Source: a virus
Taxonomy: Duplodnaviria; Heunggongvirae; Uroviricota; Caudoviricetes
Strand: one strand, 5' to 3'
IMG/VR virus record: IMGVR_UViG_2757320620_000001
Span: 1 to 31,416 of that record
DNA: 31,416 bases
Part shown: in pieces, positions 26,674 to 31,416 of the stretch
Layout of the letters: every line of letters starts with the position of its first letter
Position numbering within the stretch: the first letter of the stretch is position 1
Position numbers and translations under genes: made by a program
The notes under the pieces: generated by a model
The model's database searches: none
The model's input: the letters and a program-made list of their open reading frames with translations, nothing else
Told to the model about the DNA's origin: nothing

Positions 26674-27370
26674 CGACACACCGCGACCAGATCCGATTGA
26701 AGACGATCTGGTCGCATTCCGCTTCATCGACAAGAGGCTTCTGGCGATCGACCCGGAGCTCTTTCGATCCAAATGGTTCGACTACCGGATGATGACGCCG
26801 CTGCAGGCGACCCGGCACTACATCGAGGCCTTTGGCGAGGTGTATCGCGACTACTTCGCGGCCGAATTTTCAAAGACAGCGTCCAAATTCATCAAGGTGC
26901 CCTCGATCGAGGAGATCTTCCAGGGCCTCGCCGATCTCAGCGAAAAGCACATGATGCAGTTCTCCGGCATGTGGCGCGGCCGGCAGGTGGCCGATGCGAT
27001 CGGTATGCCCTACAAGGAATATATCCACACGGTCATGGGAATGCGGCTGCGCTTCTGGAGCCAAGGGCATCTGCCCCAGGCCCAGCACCTCTACAAGGCC
27101 GAGGACGTCGAGAAGACCGTCGAGAAGTGGGAGGAAATGCAGGCGGCGCGCCTCTATCTCTCCGATGACGCGGCCTACATGATCGAGAATTACAACGGTA
27201 TCGCCCATCAGGACGACTATCACGAATGGCTGTTCAAGCAGGCAACGCTTAGGGGAAATCCCTGGTATGTGCTGGCTCAGTTCATCAACCAGAACCGGCT
27301 GCCGCTCGACAAGGTCGAGGCTCGGTTCGATCCAGATCTGGTTGAGCGCGTCCATCGCTATATCCAGTAG
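26651..27370 (+). CDS. Conserved hypothetical protein in the replication module (239 aa)
   Basis: Host-like codon usage, aromatic-rich helical protein, overlapping phoH and preceding the helicase. Confidence 0.7.
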   Translation: MQVQPAIDDTPRPDPIEDDLVAFRFIDKRLLAIDPELFRSKWFDYRMMTPLQATRHYIEAFGEVYRDYFAAEFSKTASKFIKVPSIEEIFQGLADLSEKHMMQFSGMWRGRQVADAIGMPYKEYIHTVMGMRLRFWSQGHLPQAQHLYKAEDVEKTVEKWEEMQAARLYLSDDAAYMIENYNGIAHQDDYHEWLFKQATLRGNPWYVLAQFINQNRLPLDKVEARFDPDLVERVHRYIQ

Positions 27371-27452
27371 CAACCCGCTGACAAAGCGCTATTTTCTAAT
27401 GAGCAAATGAAGCTCGTCAGAAGTCGATAGCGCTATTTTTCGCGCTATAGCG

Positions 27453-27472
27453 ATCAGTAAATATTGATTGAC
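27453..27472. promoter_or_regulatory. Palindrome copy 10 (ATCAGTAAATATTGATTGAC)
   Basis: Read directly; ends 16 bp before the helicase ATG. Confidence 0.75.
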
Positions 27473-27488
27473 TTCGAAAGGTAAGAAC

Positions 27489-28853
27489 ATGTCCCAGGCA
27501 GCACTCGCGACCGCAGAAGAAGATGAAGAGATCGCCGAACAGGAAGCGCCGAAGTGGGATTTCGACGAAGGCTTTCAGCGGAAGACCCTCGCGCTCTTCA
27601 TGCGCGACACCCAGTTTGCCAACCGCACCAAGGATCTGATCGATCCGGCCTATTTCGCCAACGACGCCCACGCTCAGCTGGTCAGCCTGATCAAGGGCCA
27701 CCTGAACGTTCACAAGTCGGTTCCCGATCTGCGCATCCTCACGCAGATCCTCAAAGACGAGAAGGCCAAGAAGCGTCTCCGCGACGACGTGCTGACCGAG
27801 ATCAAGTCGGCCATCCGCGACGTCATGAAGACCGACCTGTCAAACTCCTCCTATGTCGCCGACAAGGTCTCCGACTTTGCCAAGTTCACCGCGATGGAGC
27901 AGGCGATCCTGAAGAGCGTCGAGCTTCTGCAGCGCGGCGACTTCGCCGGTATTGAGAAGCTCCAGAAGGCAGCGCTTGCCGTCGGCTTGCAGCAGGACGA
28001 AGGCGATTACCACTATTTCAAGGAGATCGATAACCGCACCCAGGTCCGCGAGGACTGGAAGGCCGGCAAGATCGTCAAGCGCGGCATCTCGACCGGCTAT
28101 GCCGAGATCGACGCCTATCTCCACCACAACGGCTGGGGCCGGCGCGAAATGTCGCTGATGATGGGTGCTGCGAAGGCCGGCAAGTCCCTCTCGCTTGGGG
28201 AATTCTCGAAGAACGCATCGCTGCTGGGCTTTCATGCAGCCTATCTGTCGCTCGAAGTGTCGAAGGACATCATCGCCGACCGTCTCGACGCGAACATCTC
28301 CGACACGGCCATGCGGCTGCTCAAGGATGATCCGCAGACCGTCAAGGCTCGCATCAAGGCGGCCGAAGCCAAGGCCGGGCATTTCATTCTGAAGGACTAC
28401 GCGTCCGGCACGCTCAAGCCGTCACAGATCAAACGGGTGCTCGAGCGTTGGCGTTCCGAAGGGATCATTCTTGACCTGCTGGCTGTCGACTATGCCGACA
28501 TCATGGCCGCGGAGTATCGCTCGGACAACATGATCGACAATTTGCGCTCGATCTACATCGACCTGCGCGCCATCGCTTACGAGGAAGATCTGGCGCTGAT
28601 CTCGGCCACCCAGACGAACCGCGCCGGCGCCGCAGCGCATACGGCCAAGATGACCGACGTCGCCGAGGACTTCAACAAGATCCGAACCGCCGACGTGGTC
28701 ATCGCCATCAACGCGACCGACGCCGAGAAGAAGTCAGGCGAAGCCCGGCTTACCTGGGTCGCATCCCGAAACACCGAGGACGGCTTCTCCCTGCTCATCC
28801 GGCAGGATCGCGAGAAGCTCAAGTTCCTCACAAAGGTCATGGGGCGCGTGTGA
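27489..28853 (+). CDS. dnaB: Replicative DNA helicase, DnaB/SF4-like (454 aa)
   Basis: Walker A GAAKAGKS, 'YLSLEVS', Walker B LAVDYAD, 'SATQTNR' and 'RNTE'. Confidence 0.9.
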   Translation: MSQAALATAEEDEEIAEQEAPKWDFDEGFQRKTLALFMRDTQFANRTKDLIDPAYFANDAHAQLVSLIKGHLNVHKSVPDLRILTQILKDEKAKKRLRDDVLTEIKSAIRDVMKTDLSNSSYVADKVSDFAKFTAMEQAILKSVELLQRGDFAGIEKLQKAALAVGLQQDEGDYHYFKEIDNRTQVREDWKAGKIVKRGISTGYAEIDAYLHHNGWGRREMSLMMGAAKAGKSLSLGEFSKNASLLGFHAAYLSLEVSKDIIADRLDANISDTAMRLLKDDPQTVKARIKAAEAKAGHFILKDYASGTLKPSQIKRVLERWRSEGIILDLLAVDYADIMAAEYRSDNMIDNLRSIYIDLRAIAYEEDLALISATQTNRAGAAAHTAKMTDVAEDFNKIRTADVVIAINATDAEKKSGEARLTWVASRNTEDGFSLLIRQDREKLKFLTKVMGRV

Positions 28854-30001
28854 GCGAGAACATCTTTCAGGAGATCACCGAGAACCTCGACCTTGAGTTT
28901 CTCTTCGACCGCGAGAGCCTGCCCTACAAAATGGGGCGAGGCTCATCCGGTATGCAGATCAACGCCAAGCACTGCCCGGACTGCGGCGACAGCCGATACC
29001 GCGTCTATCTCAACGCCGACACGGGGCAGGGGAACTGCTTCGTCTGCAACCAGACCTACAACAAGGCGAAATTCGTCAAGCTGCAGTTTGGCTACGACAA
29101 CTGGCGCGAGACGATCGAGAAGGCAAAGGAGATCATGCGCGAGCAGGGCTGGCGTCCGAAGCGCATGGCAACCGTCGCCGTCGATCACGGCGAGGTCAAG
29201 CTGCCCTATTCGACGCCGCTGCCGACGGAAGACGGCGAGAACCTGGTCTATCTCGAGGATCGCGGCATCACGGCCGAATACGCCAAATATTTCGAGCTGC
29301 GCTATTGCCAGTATGGCTCATGGCCGTTCCGCGACGACAAGGGTGTGCTGCAGCAGCAATGGTTCTCCAACCGCGTCATCATCCCGGTCTATGACCTCGA
29401 CGGCACGCTGAAGACGTTCCAGGGCCGCGATCTGACGATCGGCGAGGCGGCAAAGCTTGTCGAGCGCAAATACCTCTTTCCGAAGGGCCTGCCAGGCACC
29501 GGCAAGTTCCTGCTCAATGGTCAGAACGTCCAGCTCACCGACGAGGTGGTGATGGGCGAAGGTGCCTTCGACGTCGCGGCCATCAAGATCGCCTTCGACG
29601 AGGACGTCACTCTCCGGCGCGTCGTGCCGGTCGGATCGTTCGGCAAGCATCTGTCCTATGGCTCGGCGACCGGCGACGATCAGCTCGGCCGATTCCTGCA
29701 GCTGAAGCGCCAGGGCGTCAAGACCGTGACGATCATGTGGGATGGCGAGCCGAAGGCGCTGCTTGCCGCGCTCGATGCTGCCAAGCTGCTGACGTCGATC
29801 GGCCTCAAGGCGCGCATCGCGCTGCTGCCCTACCGGAAAGACCCGAACGAAGTCGTCGGCGAGGTGACGCGCAAGGCCTACTATGCGGCCACGCTCTGGA
29901 CACCCTCGATCGACGTTAAATGGCGCCTGCGCAATCCCTATGCGGCTGATGAAGCCAAATGGAAGCTGGACGAGGCGAAAAAGAATGCGCAGGGATCTTG
30001 A
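28850..30001 (+). CDS. DNA primase (Zn finger plus Toprim)
   Basis: CPDC...CFVC zinc finger, 'RVIIP', Toprim 'GEGAFD', 'WDGE' and 'KDPNE'. GTGA overlap with the helicase. Confidence 0.9.
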   Translation: MSENIFQEITENLDLEFLFDRESLPYKMGRGSSGMQINAKHCPDCGDSRYRVYLNADTGQGNCFVCNQTYNKAKFVKLQFGYDNWRETIEKAKEIMREQGWRPKRMATVAVDHGEVKLPYSTPLPTEDGENLVYLEDRGITAEYAKYFELRYCQYGSWPFRDDKGVLQQQWFSNRVIIPVYDLDGTLKTFQGRDLTIGEAAKLVERKYLFPKGLPGTGKFLLNGQNVQLTDEVVMGEGAFDVAAIKIAFDEDVTLRRVVPVGSFGKHLSYGSATGDDQLGRFLQLKRQGVKTVTIMWDGEPKALLAALDAAKLLTSIGLKARIALLPYRKDPNEVVGEVTRKAYYAATLWTPSIDVKWRLRNPYAADEAKWKLDEAKKNAQGS

Positions 30002-30027
30002 CGGGTCAGTCAATATTTACTTACAAC
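29998..30027 (+). promoter_or_regulatory. Palindrome copy 11 (30005-30024, GTCAGTCAATATTTACTTAC) in the spacer of a putative promoter
   Basis: TTGACG (29998-30003), 18 bp, TACAAC (30022-30027). Confidence 0.7.
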
Positions 30028-30080
30028 CCGACAAACTTTCAGCTATCAAGATAGCAAGACAGCAACGCAGAGAGAAACGA

Positions 30081-30629
30081 ATGAGCTACCCTATTGATTT
30101 TTCGCAGATTGCGCTGGTCTATTCGGACGGCAATCGGTCGAACAAATTCTACAACGTCAGCGTGGCGATCGCTGAAAGCGGCATGGCGATCATCGTGCGC
30201 CGCTGGGGCAAAGCGGGCACAGCTGGCGAAATGAAGATCGAGCGCTTCGCCATCGCTAAGAAGGCTATGGCTGAGTTCGAAAAGCTGGTTGAGCAGAAGA
30301 TCAGCCGGAGCGGCTACCAGGTTAAGTCCAACGACAGCAAGCAGATCGCCGACCAGAACGAGCTGCGCATGGCGATTGGCCCGGCCGTCTGGCCGCGCAT
30401 TCCGGGTCCGGATCTACTGCACATTCTGCCGACGATGGACGTGACCGGCCGGCCGACGGAGCTCAAGCCACCGCGCTTCAGTGAAGAAAACGGCCGCTAT
30501 CTCGGCGAGACTAAGCCGAAGGTGTTTTCGGATGCCGAGATCCGCGCCGCGAAGGAAGCCGAAAAGCTCGAGGAGCAGCGCGAGGCCGAGAAGACCTACG
30601 CCGGCAACCCGCGCTTCGGAATGTTCTGA
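30081..30629 (+). CDS. WGR-domain protein (182 aa)
   Basis: 'SNKFYNV...IIVRRWGKAGTAG...AMAEFEKLVEQK..GY' is the WGR signature. ATG 30081 follows a purine-rich leader. Confidence 0.8.
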   Translation: MSYPIDFSQIALVYSDGNRSNKFYNVSVAIAESGMAIIVRRWGKAGTAGEMKIERFAIAKKAMAEFEKLVEQKISRSGYQVKSNDSKQIADQNELRMAIGPAVWPRIPGPDLLHILPTMDVTGRPTELKPPRFSEENGRYLGETKPKVFSDAEIRAAKEAEKLEEQREAEKTYAGNPRFGMF

Positions 30630-30895
30630 TGGATGCGCCCGAGTTCGCCAGCAGGCTGCTTGAGCGCGTCAGCCGCATGTCCTTGAAGCGCTGGGAAGAG
30701 GCCAAGCCTGGCCTGGTCGATGAGATCGCCAAGCGCAACGACATGCCGGCGATCTTTCAGGAGTTCACCCTGAAGACGCAGGCCGAGTGCCGCTGTCGCG
30801 TCGCTATCCGTCGCGCCTACCGCAAACGTTTCGGCGGTCACGCCAATGTGGCGAGCGCTGAAACATCCATCCACGAAAACTTCGGGAGATTTTGA
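30629..30895 (+). CDS. Hypothetical protein (88 aa)
   Basis: TGATG coupling at both ends. Confidence 0.6.
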   Translation: MDAPEFASRLLERVSRMSLKRWEEAKPGLVDEIAKRNDMPAIFQEFTLKTQAECRCRVAIRRAYRKRFGGHANVASAETSIHENFGRF

Positions 30896-31416
30896 TGGCC
30901 CATTACCTCACGCTGTCGCGCGAGAACGAGTTCCAGTTTACCTGCCCGGTCTTCAACGCGACGACCAAGATGGCTGCCTGCATGGTGCTGCGCGAAGCCG
31001 TCTGGATGGGCAAGCGCGTCGAGAAGCGCCAGGGCTGCCAGGCGGCCATGAACTGCTCGATGTGTCCGGCCGCGGCGATTGTCAACAAGATGAGCTACGC
31101 CCGCGGCCCGGTCTCCGACGATTACGGCTCGAAGGAGCCCAAGGTCGGCAAGATCCACGCCGATATCCTCGAGCGGATCAAGAACATCATCCCGATCCAG
31201 CGCGAGCTCGGCCGCTTCGCCCTGTCGGATCAGGAGCGCCAGATGCTTCTGACGACACGCGGGCGCATCGAGGATCAGCTGAAGACGGCGCCTGGTCGCG
31301 ACGGCAAGGCAACCGCCTTCATCGAGCCGAAGCGCCGCGGATCGCTGATCAACGAACCGGTCGAAGCCAGCCCGCGTGCGGCTCGTCCCGCTAAGCCTGC
31401 CCAAGACAATACCATC
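30895..31416 (+). CDS. Cys-rich hypothetical protein, 3' end outside the window (not in the ORF track)
   Basis: ATG at the TGATG overlap after GGGAG; open to the window end: MAHYLTLSRENEFQFTCPVF...AACMV...QGCQAAMNCSMCPAA... Confidence 0.7.
   Translation, partial: MAHYLTLSRENEFQFTCPVFNATTKMAACMVLREAVWMGKRVEKRQGCQAAMNCSMCPAAAIVNKMSYARGPVSDDYGSKEPKVGKIHADILERIKNIIPIQRELGRFALSDQERQMLLTTRGRIEDQLKTAPGRDGKATAFIEPKRRGSLINEPVEASPRAARPAKPAQDNTI

Larger units (their letters stand above)
1..31416 (+). mobile_element. Siphovirus-type phage/prophage segment (head-tail-lysis-replication modules), probably an SSU5/RHEph10-like phage-plasmid
   Basis: Continuous co-oriented phage structural, lysis and replication genes in canonical order. 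Phage identity is firm; the family assignment is from recalled similarity only. Confidence 0.93.

Noticed and set aside
470-30024. Palindrome copies as CRISPR repeats or as recombination/inversion sites
   Set aside because: Copies are degenerate, mostly kilobases apart, have no spacer-length periodicity, and no cas gene or recombinase is present. All genes stay co-oriented.
470-30024. Palindrome as a host LexA (SOS) box
   Set aside because: It matches neither the alphaproteobacterial GTTC-N7-GTTC nor the E. coli CTGT-N8-ACAG consensus.
30846-31394. 182-aa ORF listed in the track
   Set aside because: Out-of-frame overlap of the coupled ORF starting at 30895, which has an SD, a TGATG junction and normal codon usage.

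Overview
The whole window is a GC-rich, single-strand (+) segment of a lambda-like siphophage genome or prophage. Gene order: 3' end of the major capsid gene; an inserted two-gene module (paralog of the next virion gene plus an SGNH esterase); head-tail joining genes; tail tube; G/GT chaperones with a -1 slippery site; a tape measure carrying an M15 peptidase; lambda M-L-K-I-J-like tail tip; three tandem paralogous small tail-tip genes and two accessory genes; a lysis cassette (holin, SAR-type GH24 lysozyme, Rz/Rz1); a T5 A1-like metallophosphoesterase-fold protein; PhoH; an unknown ORF; DnaB-like helicase; Zn-finger/Toprim primase; a WGR protein; and unknown ORFs. By recollection, not by search, the capsid sequence and gene set resemble SSU5/pHCM2-type phage-plasmids and the rhizobial RHEph10/pLM21S1 group. 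The most notable non-coding signal is a degenerate 20-bp palindrome (consensus GTMARTCAAT-ATTGAYTTAC) found 11 times, always at gene junctions. It repeatedly coincides with sigma70-like promoter elements and in four cases is directly followed by, or overlaps, an RNA hairpin. This suggests one phage-encoded regulator controlling virion, lysis and replication genes. No tRNA, rRNA, CRISPR array, integrase or transposase was seen.
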